Assembly (NCBI GenBank): GCA_038915815.1
Contig: JBCLCL010000007.1
Coordinates: 26-64,025, forward strand
Source of the DNA: Candidatus Limnocylindrales bacterium
Lineage (GTDB): Bacteria > Chloroflexota > Limnocylindria > Limnocylindrales > CSP1-4
Direction of reading: 5' to 3'
DNA: 64,000 nt
Positions 1 to 9,027 of this stretch are shown here, in pieces. The position numbers were made by a program, and so were the translations under genes. Every line of letters begins with the position of its first letter. Position 1 is the stretch's first letter. The notes under the pieces were generated by a model. That model made no database searches, was not told the DNA's origin, and worked only from the letters and a program-made list of their open reading frames with translations.

Positions 1-247
1 ACCACTGCGGTGGACGGACATAGCCTGTTCTCGCGCGACACGACGCGGACATCGTGGCCGTCAGATGGCGCCACCCGTGTCAGCGCCCGGCGTTGGCGAC
101 TCGGACCTGGGACCCGGCGCCAAGCTTGCTGGGCGTTGCCGGAGCGCCGGCATCTGGACGCGGCAGCGCCGCCTCGAGCCGTCTGAGGAACGGGCGCCGA
201 ATTGACGACCGCCAGCGCGGCGACGGTCGTCTCGCGCCGCAGGAGGC

Positions 248-3200
248 TCAGCCAACGGCCCGCGGCTCGGCTTCCTCCACGGGCTCGATGCCCGGCGCCG
301 TCCCGGCTGCCCCCCACCGGGCGAGCCCTTCATCGAGGCGCGCGAGGAGGGGCGGCGACCCAAGCCGGGTCCAGATCGCGCGGGCCTCGTCGGCCGCGGC
401 TGCGGCCTCGGGCTCGGACGGTCCCACGAGGATCGCGAACTCGAGCAGCGCAAGGCCGAGGGAGAACGGGTCGTCCAAATCACGCCAGGCTCGAACGGCC
501 ACACGGTAGTCGGCTACGGCGGCAGCGCGCTCACCCTCCAGCGCCCGCACGCCCGCGCGCAGTGTCTGCATGTTGGCCGCCAGCACGCGACCACGCTCGG
601 GCCGCGCCTCGAGCAGCGCCAGAGCCGCACGGGCTCGCGGGGCGTCCGCGAGCCAGAGGGCCGCACGCGTCGCCAACACTGCGCTCCAGAACGCCGACTC
701 GGTTGGCGTCTGGGCCCCGGCCATACCTGTCCGGTACGCCTCGACGAGTCGACCGCCCACAGCGTTCACGAACGTTTCATTCACCAGCTTCCAACCGGGC
801 GCCCGGGGATCGTCGAGTGATGCCACGATCGGGGCCAGGGCCGCAAGCTTCGCGTCGGCCTGCTCGATCTCCCCGCGCAGGGCCAGCAGCTTGGCCGTCT
901 CCACGAGGAAGCCGGCCACAAGTGTGGCCGGCAATTCCGCCACGTCGATCTCCGCCAGCACGCGATCGGCCTCCTCCCAGTCGCCGAGGTCGATGGCGCT
1001 GCTGACCACGCCATTGAGGAAGCTAAGCATCCAGCCGTGGTCGCCCCGCCGCCGGGCGACCACGACGCCCGTTCGTGCGACCTCCTGCGCGGAGCGGGGA
1101 TCCTCGTCGCCCAACCCTGCTTCGAGATTGTTGAGCGCGCGGAGGTGCGACTTCGCCAGATCGTGCGCCTCGGCCAGCGCGAGGACGCCGCGCAGGATCG
1201 CGAGCGGCTCCTGGGTCCGACCCATGAAACTGAGAGCAAGGGCGCGGTTGAGTAACGCCTCCGCGATCGCGGGCATGAGCTCGAGCGGCTCGGCGAGCGC
1301 AAGCGCGCGATCGGCGGTCGCGAGCGCCCGGGGATCCCGAGCCCGTGCGTAGGCGTGCGACAGCTCGGCGATGAGCAGGATGACGTCCGGTTCCGTCTCG
1401 AGGCCGACGGTATCGGCCTCGGCCGCTTCGAGCACCGCGAGGGCGGCGAGAGGCTGGTCCTTGTCATGGAGGGCGATGGACAGGGCAGTGGACGCTCGGG
1501 CGACGCCGATCCGATCCCCGTGCTCCCGGTACCAGGCGGTCGCCTCTTCGAGATAGCTCTGGGCCGTGTCTGGATCGGCCGACTTCTCCGCTGCGTCGGC
1601 GGCTCGCTCCAGGAGAGCGGCCCGCTCGGCCGGGTCGACAGTGATCTCCAACGCCTGGGTGAGGAAGGCAAGGGCTTGGGCGTGCGACCCGAGTGCGGCG
1701 GCACGCTCAGCCGCTCCCTTGAGAGCGAGCCGCGCCTGCCCGGCCAGGGCGTCGGCTTCCGGACCGGCGGGGGCGTTCCGATATGCGGCCGCGTACTGAC
1801 CGGCGAGCGCTCCAGCGAGTGCGTCGTCGCCGATGCTCTCAAGCCAGCGCGCCGCGGCGAGATGGCGCGCCTTGCGCTCGGCGCGAGCGAGCTGGTTGTA
1901 GGCGACCTCCCGGATGAGGGCCTGGACGAACGCGTACTGGCCGCGCTCCGGCGAGCGCGGGTCGGCGTTGAGGGTGAGTAGCTCCCGACGAACGAGCGCC
2001 CGGAGAGCCGGCTCGAGGGCCAGCCCATCGGCGCCCGAGAGCGCCGCCAACCCGGCAAGGCTGAAGCTCTGCCCCAGGACCGCTGCATCCTGAAGGACGC
2101 GCCGCTCGGCCGGGTCGAGGCCGTCGAGGCGCGCGGCGATGAGAGCGGCGAGGGTCTCCGGGATCGCCAGCGTCGTGAGGTCGCCGACCGGATGGTAGGC
2201 GCCGCCCTCTTCCTGAAGGCGCCCCTCGGCGACGAGCATGCGCACCGTCTCGACGGCGTAGAGCGGCATTCCGTCCGCACGGGCCACGATCGCCTTGGCC
2301 GCCGAGGCATCGAGCCCGGGCACGAGTCCGGCCAACAACTCTCGCATCGCCGGCTCGCTCAACGGTTCCAGCGCCAGGGAGACGAAATTGCGACGACCGG
2401 CACCCCAGTCCGTTCGGCGCTCGAGGAGCTCAGGCCGCGCCAACGTGATGACGAAGATCGGCAACGACCTCGTCCACTCGAGAAGATGGCCGATGAAATC
2501 GAGCACGCCCGGATCGGCCCACTGCAGATCCTCGAAGAGGAGAACCGTGGTGCCCACCTCGGCGATCCGCTCGAAGAAGGTGCGCCACGCGGCGAACAGC
2601 TCATCCCTGCCACCGGGAAGGGGCTCGCCAAGGCCCAGCAAGGCCAGGAGCGCAGCCTCGATCCACCGCCGCTCCCCTTCGTCGGGCACCCAACGGTCGA
2701 CCATTTCGGCGACTTTCCGGCGGGTCGTCGCTTCGTCGTCCGCTTCGAGCAGGCCGGCCCGGCGCCGGATCATCTCGCCGAGGGCCCAGAAGGTGATCCC
2801 CTCTCCGTACGAAGGCGAACGTCCGCTGTGCCACCAGACGTCCTCGACGAGAGCACCGATGTACTTGAGGAACTCCCAAGCGAGGCGGCTCTTGCCGATC
2901 CCGGCGGGGCCCATGACCGAGACGAGGCGCGGCCGCTTGTCCCGACGCGTCGCGTGGAAGAGATCCTTGAGGAGCTGGAAGTCGTCGTCGCGGCCGACGA
3001 ACGGCGCCTCGAGGCCCTCGCTACGGTTCAGCCCGCCGATCTCCGCGACGATCCGCAACGCACGGAAGGCGGGCACGGGGACGCTCTTGCCCTTCAGCGT
3101 CTGCTCGCCCGCCGGCTCGAAGGCGATGGCTCGATTGGCCGCCCGCTCGGTCGCCTCGCCGACGAGGACCGATCCTGGCGGCGCGACCGACTGCAGGCGG

Positions 3201-3799
3201 CTGGCCGTATTGACGATGTCGCCGGCAACCATCCCCTCCCCGACTGCCCCAAGCGTCACGGCCGCTTCGCCCGTCAAGACCCCGGCCCGCGCCTGGATCG
3301 ACGGGCCGAGAGTCCTCACGGCATCCACCAGCTCCAACGCCGCCCGGACGGCGAGTTCAGCGTCGTCCTCGCGCGCAGTCGGCGCTCCCCACACCGCCAT
3401 GACGGCATCGCCGATGAACTTCTCGATCGTGCCGCCGTAGCGCCCGATCACGTCCCGTGCGAGGCTGAAGTAGCGGGTCAGGAGTTCGCGCGTCTCCTCG
3501 GGGTCGCGTCCCTCGGTGAGTGTCGTGAAGCCGACGAGATCGGCGAACAGGACAGTGACGAGACGGCGCTCAGCAACTTGGGCGGCGATGTGCTGGACAG
3601 GGGTAGGAACGGCAGCAAGCGAAGAGCGGGCAGGAGCGGACACCCCCGGCTGAAGCGGCGTGGCGCATTCGCCGCAGAACTTGACCATCGGCTCGTTGGC
3701 TGCGCCGCAGGTCGGGCAAAGCGCGGCAAGCGGGGACGCGCACTCGCCGCAGAACTTGCGTCCCGCCTTGTTCTCCGCGCCGCAGTTCGAGCAGATCAG
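248..3799 (-). CDS. Double zinc-ribbon / class III adenylate cyclase / STAND (AAA_16-like) NTPase / TPR protein (paralog 1)
   Basis: N-terminal CxxC..CxxC pairs (CSNC..CGEC, CPTC..CGEC); cyclase motifs TVLFADLVGFT, EKFIGDAVMA, GDIVNTASRLQ; Walker A GPAGIGKS; Walker B LLFEDLQWAD; helical C-terminus. Start placed at CTG 3799 (SD GAGGA 9 nt upstream) because the -10 TACGCT at 3834-3839 lies downstream of the track's upstream start codons (3853, 3913). Confidence 0.9.
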   Translation of the reverse strand: MICSNCGAENKAGRKFCGECASPLAALCPTCGAANEPMVKFCGECATPLQPGVSAPARSSLAAVPTPVQHIAAQVAERRLVTVLFADLVGFTTLTEGRDPEETRELLTRYFSLARDVIGRYGGTIEKFIGDAVMAVWGAPTAREDDAELAVRAALELVDAVRTLGPSIQARAGVLTGEAAVTLGAVGEGMVAGDIVNTASRLQSVAPPGSVLVGEATERAANRAIAFEPAGEQTLKGKSVPVPAFRALRIVAEIGGLNRSEGLEAPFVGRDDDFQLLKDLFHATRRDKRPRLVSVMGPAGIGKSRLAWEFLKYIGALVEDVWWHSGRSPSYGEGITFWALGEMIRRRAGLLEADDEATTRRKVAEMVDRWVPDEGERRWIEAALLALLGLGEPLPGGRDELFAAWRTFFERIAEVGTTVLLFEDLQWADPGVLDFIGHLLEWTRSLPIFVITLARPELLERRTDWGAGRRNFVSLALEPLSEPAMRELLAGLVPGLDASAAKAIVARADGMPLYAVETVRMLVAEGRLQEEGGAYHPVGDLTTLAIPETLAALIAARLDGLDPAERRVLQDAAVLGQSFSLAGLAALSGADGLALEPALRALVRRELLTLNADPRSPERGQYAFVQALIREVAYNQLARAERKARHLAAARWLESIGDDALAGALAGQYAAAYRNAPAGPEADALAGQARLALKGAAERAAALGSHAQALAFLTQALEITVDPAERAALLERAADAAEKSADPDTAQSYLEEATAWYREHGDRIGVARASTALSIALHDKDQPLAALAVLEAAEADTVGLETEPDVILLIAELSHAYARARDPRALATADRALALAEPLELMPAIAEALLNRALALSFMGRTQEPLAILRGVLALAEAHDLAKSHLRALNNLEAGLGDEDPRSAQEVARTGVVVARRRGDHGWMLSFLNGVVSSAIDLGDWEEADRVLAEIDVAELPATLVAGFLVETAKLLALRGEIEQADAKLAALAPIVASLDDPRAPGWKLVNETFVNAVGGRLVEAYRTGMAGAQTPTESAFWSAVLATRAALWLADAPRARAALALLEARPERGRVLAANMQTLRAGVRALEGERAAAVADYRVAVRAWRDLDDPFSLGLALLEFAILVGPSEPEAAAAADEARAIWTRLGSPPLLARLDEGLARWGAAGTAPGIEPVEEAEPRAVG

Positions 3800-3997
3800 G
3801 TCGGTCGTTCCTCGATCATGGAATGATCGGCAGAGCGTACCCGACCGGAGCATTCGCGCAAGGCCCGGCGCCGATGGATCGACTGCGGCTCGTCGTGGCA
3901 GTGGCCCACCCACGATCCGCGCATCGTGTGGGCACGATCGGCTCAGCCCATCGGTCGTGATCCGACCGAGCGACTACCCTCCGACGTGGAGGGATCA

Positions 3998-5437
3998 GTG
4001 GCCAGACTGTCGATCGCCGTTCTTGGTGCCGGAGTCGGGGGCCTCTCGGCGGTGCTCGCGCTAACCCGTGCCGGGCACCAGGTCACGCTCATCGAGCGGG
4101 ACGAGGTCGTCGCGGGTGAGGCTCTGGGCTCGCTCGATTGGCCGCGCCCGGGCATTCCCCACTTTCTCCAGGCCCATGCCTTTACCTCGCGCGGCCGGCG
4201 CGAGCTGCGGACACTCTTTCCCGACGTCTATCAGGCGCTCCTCGACGCCGGCGCCGACGACATCGACCTTCGCCCGAAGCTCCGGGGCCCACATCGACCA
4301 GAGGACGAGGAGCTTGCGATCCTCGGGGTCCGGCGGCCGTTGATCGAATGGGCCCTCCGGCGGGCCGTCCTCGCGGAGCGGCGGGTGCGTGTGGAGTCGG
4401 GCGTGCGCTCCCTCGGTCTCGAGGCGATCTGGGGGGAGGTCCCGCGGGTGACCGGGGTCGAGACGTCAAACGGCCCGATCACGGCCGACCTCGTGGTCGA
4501 CGCGATGGGTCGCCGCAGCCCCGTTCCGGGCTGGATCGACGCGTTGGGTGGCACGCCCATGGCCGAGGAGTCGTCCGACTGTGGCGTCATCTACTACACC
4601 CGCTACTACCGCGTCCGCGCCGGCGCCTCCCTGCCCGACGGGCCGTGGCTGCCGACGCCGCGGGCGGATCTCGGCTACGGTCTCTTCTCGACCTTTCCCG
4701 GCGACAACGGCACGTTCGCGGGACTCGTGGCGATCCCGCCCGGCGACCAGGACCTCAAGATCCTCCGCCACGCCGCGGCCTTCGATGCCGCCACGGCGCT
4801 CATGCCGGCCCTCCATTCCTGGACGAACGCGGACACCGCGACCCCGATCACCGGCGTCCTGCCGATGGGCAGCCTTCAGAACACCCTCCGAACGCCCCTG
4901 GGCGTTCGGCCGCCCACGATCGGGCTGATCAGCATTGGCGACGCCCTCTGCCACACGGACCCGGTCTTCGCGCTCGGCCTGTCGTTCGCCCTCGTCGAGG
5001 CTGGCGCGCTCGCGACCGCCCTCGATGCGCACGGCTCGGACCTCGAATCGACGGCGATGGCATTCGACGCCGCCGTTCGAACCGAGATGGACGAGCGCTT
5101 TCGCCTGGCGACCGCCGTCGACGACCTGCGCCTGCGAGCGTGGTCGGGCGAATCGATCGACCTCGGCCACCGGGATGGCGGAGCCTATCCGCTGTTCGTC
5201 ATGGCCGCAGGCGGCGCCGCTGCCCTCGTCGACGGCGACGTCTTCCGAAGCGTCGTTCGCCGCGCCTACTTCCTCGATCCCCTGTCGGTCCTCGACGACG
5301 ACGTCGCAATGCAGGTGCGCATCGAGCGGCTGTTCGGGGAGCTGCGAGCAATGCCCCGGCCGCGGCCCGGCCCAACCCGCGATGACCTCCTCGAGGCCAT
5401 GCGCGCGGCGCTCACCGCAGATGCCGAGAACGTGTAG
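3998..5437 (+). CDS. FAD-dependent oxidoreductase / monooxygenase family protein
   Basis: GAGVGG dinucleotide-binding motif, DLVVDAMGRRS, IGDALCHTDP; GTG at 3998 with SD GGAGGG (alternative GTG at 3986). Confidence 0.85.
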   Translation: MARLSIAVLGAGVGGLSAVLALTRAGHQVTLIERDEVVAGEALGSLDWPRPGIPHFLQAHAFTSRGRRELRTLFPDVYQALLDAGADDIDLRPKLRGPHRPEDEELAILGVRRPLIEWALRRAVLAERRVRVESGVRSLGLEAIWGEVPRVTGVETSNGPITADLVVDAMGRRSPVPGWIDALGGTPMAEESSDCGVIYYTRYYRVRAGASLPDGPWLPTPRADLGYGLFSTFPGDNGTFAGLVAIPPGDQDLKILRHAAAFDAATALMPALHSWTNADTATPITGVLPMGSLQNTLRTPLGVRPPTIGLISIGDALCHTDPVFALGLSFALVEAGALATALDAHGSDLESTAMAFDAAVRTEMDERFRLATAVDDLRLRAWSGESIDLGHRDGGAYPLFVMAAGGAAALVDGDVFRSVVRRAYFLDPLSVLDDDVAMQVRIERLFGELRAMPRPRPGPTRDDLLEAMRAALTADAENV

Positions 5438-5558
5438 CGCTAGAGCTAGCGCCAGACGATGTGGTCATCGTGTTGCCCCACTGTGCCGTCAAGATCCCAT
5501 CACGACCCGCTGTCGGCGGTCCGTGACCTTCGAACGACGCGACGACCATCCGGCCGCC

Positions 5559-5972
5559 TCAGGCCATGGGCTCGAGCTTCAGAGCCGCCGAGTTGATGCA
5601 GTAACGGAGGCCCGTCGGATCCGGTCCATCGTCGAAGACATGCCCGAGGTGCCCTCCGCAGGTGGCGCACACGGCCTCGGTGCGGGTCATGAGGAAGGAG
5701 CGGTCTGTCTCGGTGGCGACAGCAGCGGGATCAACCGGCACGAAGAAGCTTGGCCAGCCCGTGCCTGACTCGAACTTCGCCTCGGATCGGAAGAGCTCGG
5801 CGTCGCAGCCGGCACACCGGTAGACGCCCGCCCGATGCTCGTCCCAGAGCTGACCGCTGAAGGCTCGCTCGGTCCCCTTCTGGCGAAGGACCCGGTACTG
5901 CTCGGGGGTGAGTTCGGCACGCCATTCGACGTCCGACTTGGCGGGTGGGGGCGTGGTCTTGGTCTCATCCAT
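5559..5972 (-). CDS. msrB: Peptide-methionine (R)-S-oxide reductase MsrB
   Basis: [52 protein letters not shown]; leaderless layout TATCCT(5979-5984)-N6-ATG(5972). Confidence 0.97.
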   Translation of the reverse strand: MDETKTTPPPAKSDVEWRAELTPEQYRVLRQKGTERAFSGQLWDEHRAGVYRCAGCDAELFRSEAKFESGTGWPSFFVPVDPAAVATETDRSFLMTRTEAVCATCGGHLGHVFDDGPDPTGLRYCINSAALKLEPMA

Positions 5973-6113
5973 GGTCACAGGATATGACTGCGTGGCGAAT
6001 CGATGACAGCGCACAGCGCCGAATGATTCGCGTGCTCACGATCCCGGCATCGTGTTGCATTCCTGGCGCGCCTGAGTGAGTGATGTAGGCACCAACCCCG
6101 CATGAGGTGCCCG

Positions 6114-6295
6114 ATGCAAGCCACGACTCCCCTGCCCGCTCTCCCGTCCGGCGACCCGTCGACCTGGGACCAGGCGCTCTATGCGTTCCTCGTCGAGAAG
6201 GGCAACCGCTCCGGCTCCCGGCGGACCGTCGAGAGCTACAGCCGGATGCTCTGGCCGTTCTTCGCCGCTCGGACCCCAGATCGGGTCAAGCCGCC
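6114..6295 (+). pseudogene. Truncated tyrosine recombinase/integrase (N-terminal SAM-like fragment only)
   Basis: WDQALYAFLVEKGNRSGSRRTVESYSRML resembles integrase N-terminal SAM-like domains (S..T...Y...L pattern). SD GAGGTG precedes ATG 6114. No catalytic R-H-R-Y domain follows. Confidence 0.65.
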
Positions 6296-7364
6296 GGCTG
6301 AGCAGATCCGTCCGCGGCGGCTACGCGGCAAAGATCCGTGAGTACGCCGATCAGGGTGGCGGGCTCGTCTCGGTCGGCTTCCGGCGGGTCGGCGATCGCA
6401 AACTGATCGAGCCTGATCCCGAGACGATGCCGCTCGCGGTGCGGGTCTGGGAGCTCGCTGCCCTGGGCGCGGCGGACGCGACGATCGCCGCGGAAGTCAG
6501 CCTGACGCTCTGGACCGTCCGCGGCATCCTGCGCTCACCCCTCTTCGGCGGTCGACTGCACGATGGGCGCCCGACCCGGTTTCCGGCTGCGATCGACCCG
6601 CGCCTGATTGAGCAGGCGCACGACTACCGTCGCTCGTGCACGCGGATCGGCAACCGCGTGCGGCGCAATCGGACGTACCCCCTCTCGGGCGGCGGACCCG
6701 CCGTCTGTGCGACGTGCGAGCGACCGATTAAGGGCGACACCCGGACCCGGCGCGATGGCACGAAGCTCGCGGTGTACCGCCACGCCGACACCGGACGGTG
6801 CCCGGGCTGGGCCGTGCGCGAGGTCGCGACCGCGGTCCTCGACGCGCAGGTCGCCGCCTCCTCCGCGGCGCGACGCCGAACCGCGAGAGCGCGGCGCGCA
6901 TCCGGGCCGCGCTCGCTCGTCCCGTCGTTGGACCCGATCGGCTCGGCCTCGCCCGCCTTGACGCCCGGCTTCGAAACCTATCCGCCGAACTCGCCGCGCC
7001 TGACCAACGCCGGAGCATCGACGAGATCGTGGTCGAGATCAAGACCGTCAAGGCGGAGCGCGGGCGGATCGCCGGTCAGCCGCTCGAGGCGAGCGCAGTC
7101 GATCCGGACCGAGCGATCGAATGGCTCACATCCCTGGCCACGCTATGGACCGAGACGTCTGACGCGGGACGTCGTGAGCTGGCCGTCGCCACATTCGCCC
7201 GACTCGCCGTCGTGAGCACCGGCCAGCGGGGCTCGCACCGCATCGTGGGCGTCGAGGCAACCGAAGAGGCCGAGAGACGAGGACTTATCCTCGCGCTCCC
7301 GACCTCGATTGAGGTCACTGTGGTGGGCGATACTGGATTCGAACCAGTGACCTCGCGGATGTGA
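6290..7364 (+). pseudogene. Large serine recombinase fragment (recombinase + zinc ribbon + coiled coil; catalytic N-terminus missing; frameshift near 6855)
   Basis: GFRRVGDRKLIEPDPE..VRGILRSPLFGG..PAAIDPRL..YPLSG..CATC..YRH..C in the 6181 frame switches to the 6798 frame (RLLRGATP...) at about 6855. It ends VVGDTGFEPVTSRM* on the tRNA antisense. Confidence 0.8.
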
Positions 7365-7397
7365 ACCGCGCGCTCTAACCGACTGAGCCAATCGCCC
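7321..7397 (-). tRNA. tRNA-Val (anticodon CAC), CCA encoded
   Basis: GGGCGAT/ATCGCCC acceptor stem, TGGCTCAGTCGGTTAGAGC D-arm, CGCGG-TTCACAT-CCGCG anticodon arm, GGTTCGAATCC T-loop; -10 TATGAT near 7442-7447. Confidence 0.97.
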
Positions 7398-7442
7398 GAA
7401 GAGGTCGCGGCGCGCACGGGGCGCCCCGACGAGACCGGCCGA

Positions 7443-7724
7443 TCATACCCGCAGGCCGGGCCAACGGGCAACGACCGCCTCCGGCCCCAGGCCGTCCACG
7501 ACGACCAGCTTCTGCCGGCTGGTGGCGCCGGCGACGATCCGCACGTCACGGCGGGCGACCCCGAGCTGGTCGGCGAGGAGCTGGATCAAGGCCGTGTTGG
7601 CGGCCCCTTCGACCGCAGGTGCGGAGACCCGAACCTTCAGGACGCCATCGACGACACCGTCGACGAGGGTAGACGACGATCGCGCCGTGAGTCGAACCCC
7701 GAAGCGCGCAGCGGAGGAGCTCAA
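7443..7724 (-). CDS. DUF167 (YggU/UPF0235) family protein
   Basis: LKVRVSAPAVEGAANTALIQLLA..V.IVAGATSRQK; follows yggT as is common. Confidence 0.9.
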   Translation of the reverse strand: MSSSAARFGVRLTARSSSTLVDGVVDGVLKVRVSAPAVEGAANTALIQLLADQLGVARRDVRIVAGATSRQKLVVVDGLGPEAVVARWPGLRV

Positions 7725-7728
7725 GACC

Positions 7729-7974
7729 TCACAGCGAGCGCCACAGGAAGCCGAGGACGATGAGCACGATGAAGCTCGACCAGTCGATCATCCCCGTCGC
7801 CGGCAGCAGTCGGCGGACCGGGGCCAGCATCGGCTCGGTCGCCTGGATCAGGAAGGCCGAGACCCGGTTGCGCCCGCCCGGATCGATCCACGACATGAGC
7901 ATCCGTCCCAGCACGAGCGCCCAGAGCGCGATGAGCAGGAACTGGACGAAGGTCAGGACGAAGGAGAGACCCAC
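7729..7974 (-). CDS. yggT: YggT/YlmG family membrane protein
   Basis: RMLMSWI..TEPMLAPVRRLLP..GMIDWS; leaderless layout TAGACT(7981-7986)-N6-GTG. Confidence 0.92.
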   Translation of the reverse strand: MGLSFVLTFVQFLLIALWALVLGRMLMSWIDPGGRNRVSAFLIQATEPMLAPVRRLLPATGMIDWSSFIVLIVLGFLWRSL

Positions 7975-7994
7975 GAGCCGAGTCTACCAGCCGA

Positions 7995-8160
7995 GCCATG
8001 AGGGGTGCCTTCGGCTGAAGCCACCTCGCGCGCCGGGATTCCAGCCCGGTTGGTGCACGGAGCGCCGACGGTGCGGCGGTTCCAGTCCGGGCGGCATCCG
8101 CGACTGATTCGGCCTCCCACCGGTCAGAATATCCAGCGTGCCTGGTACCCCGGACGACCG
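7995..8160 (-). ncRNA. ssrS: 6S RNA candidate
   Basis: Long rod with a central bubble: GGGGTACC(8151-8144) pairs with GGCACCCC(8009-8002), and GCACGCTGG pairs with CCGGCGCGC, flanking unpaired ATATTCTGA / CTGGAAT strands. TGGGAGG..ATCAGT and GAGGTGG segments resemble cyanobacterial-type 6S as I recall it. Ends approximate. Confidence 0.75.
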
Positions 8161-8217
8161 GGGGCGAGGATCGGTCGCGTAGACCAACGTGGCTGGAGCG
8201 ATGGCAGCGAGGCAGGC

Positions 8218-8255
8218 GGCGCGGCTGACGGCGCGGCTGACGGCGCGGCTGACGG
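8218..8255 (+). repeat. Tandem repeat (GGCGCGGCTGAC)x3
   Basis: Three exact 12-nt units between the yggS stop and the 6S candidate. Confidence 0.95.
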
Positions 8256-8296
8256 TCGTGGGTGGCCAGGAACGCCCGGTTCGCCCGAGCCGTCCG

Positions 8297-9019
8297 TCAC
8301 TGGCCGGGGTTCCGCTGCCCGAACAGGGCGCGGCCGACCCTGACGATCGTGGCGCCCTCCTCCACGGCGACCTCGAAGTCGTCGGTCATCCCCATCGACA
8401 GCTCCCGACCGATCGCGGCTCCAGCGGCCCGCAGCCGCTCCGACAGCTCGCGCAATCGGCGAAAGGTGGGCCGCGCGGCCTCAGGCTCGACGACCATGCG
8501 ACCGATCGTCATCAACCCCTGCAGCTCCAGGCACTCGAGCTCGCCGATCCGTCCGATGGCCGCGCCCAGCGCGGCCGGCAGGAACCCGGCCTTGGCCGGA
8601 TCGTCATCGACGTTGACCTGGAGCAGGATCGGATAGCGCACTCCGGGACGGATCTCGGCGGCAAGCCGATCGAGACGCGCCGCGAGGTCGACCGAATCGA
8701 CCGACTGGATCGACTCGAATACCCGCAGGGCCTTCGCGGCCTTGTTCCCCTGGAGCGGGCCGACCAAGTGCCAGCGTGCGCCCGGGACCTGGGGCGCCTT
8801 GGCCACCGCCTCCTGGACCCGGTTCTCGCCGAGCAGGTCCAGGCCGGCCGTGACGGCATCGACGAGCGCCTCGGCCGGGACCGTCTTGGAGACGGCCAGC
8901 AGGCGGACATCCGCAGAAGCGCGCCCGGAGCGCGCGCACGCATCGGCGATCCGCCCAAGGACGACCTCCCGGGCTGCGCGATACGCGGCGATGCGCACGG
9001 CCGGATCGCCCGGCGTCAC
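8297..9019 (-). CDS. yggS: YggS/PLPBP pyridoxal-phosphate homeostasis protein
   Basis: LLAVSKT, GENRVQE, WHLVGPLQGNK, LQVNVDD, GLMTIG, LSMGMTDD, EGATIVRVGRALFG; GTG start at 9019. Confidence 0.95.
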   Translation of the reverse strand: MTPGDPAVRIAAYRAAREVVLGRIADACARSGRASADVRLLAVSKTVPAEALVDAVTAGLDLLGENRVQEAVAKAPQVPGARWHLVGPLQGNKAAKALRVFESIQSVDSVDLAARLDRLAAEIRPGVRYPILLQVNVDDDPAKAGFLPAALGAAIGRIGELECLELQGLMTIGRMVVEPEAARPTFRRLRELSERLRAAGAAIGRELSMGMTDDFEVAVEEGATIVRVGRALFGQRNPGQ

Positions 9020-9027
9020 CGGATGCT

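Larger units (their letters stand above)
6060..7364 (+). mobile_element. Collapsed integrative-element remnant at tRNA-Val
   Basis: Two broken recombinase genes abut each other, and the second runs into the antisense of the tRNA 3' half. The left boundary is approximate. Confidence 0.7.

Noticed and set aside
1-21. Possible gene start (ATG at 21, minus strand) running off the window
   Set aside because: Only seven codons are visible, so it cannot be supported.
2192-3826. Long antisense ORFs (also 27204-30269, 32896-35031, 44258-45907, 59932-62370 and others)
   Set aside because: These are shadow frames opposite well-supported genes, expected at high GC, and carry no recognisable motifs.
5437-5452. 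Palindrome GCGCTAG-AG-CTAGCGC after the oxidoreductase stop
   Set aside because: Too short, with a 2-nt loop and no U-tract. It could be an IS footprint (CTAG) but nothing else supports that.
5985-6110. Duplicated tRNA-Val 3' end (second att site) at the left end of the island remnant
   Set aside because: No convincing match to TGGTGGGCGATACTGG was found, so the left boundary stays undefined.
7984-8187. 67-aa ORF between yggS and yggT as a diverged SepF
   Set aside because: It is Pro/Gly/Arg-rich with no SepF motifs, and the interval is better explained by a base-paired RNA.
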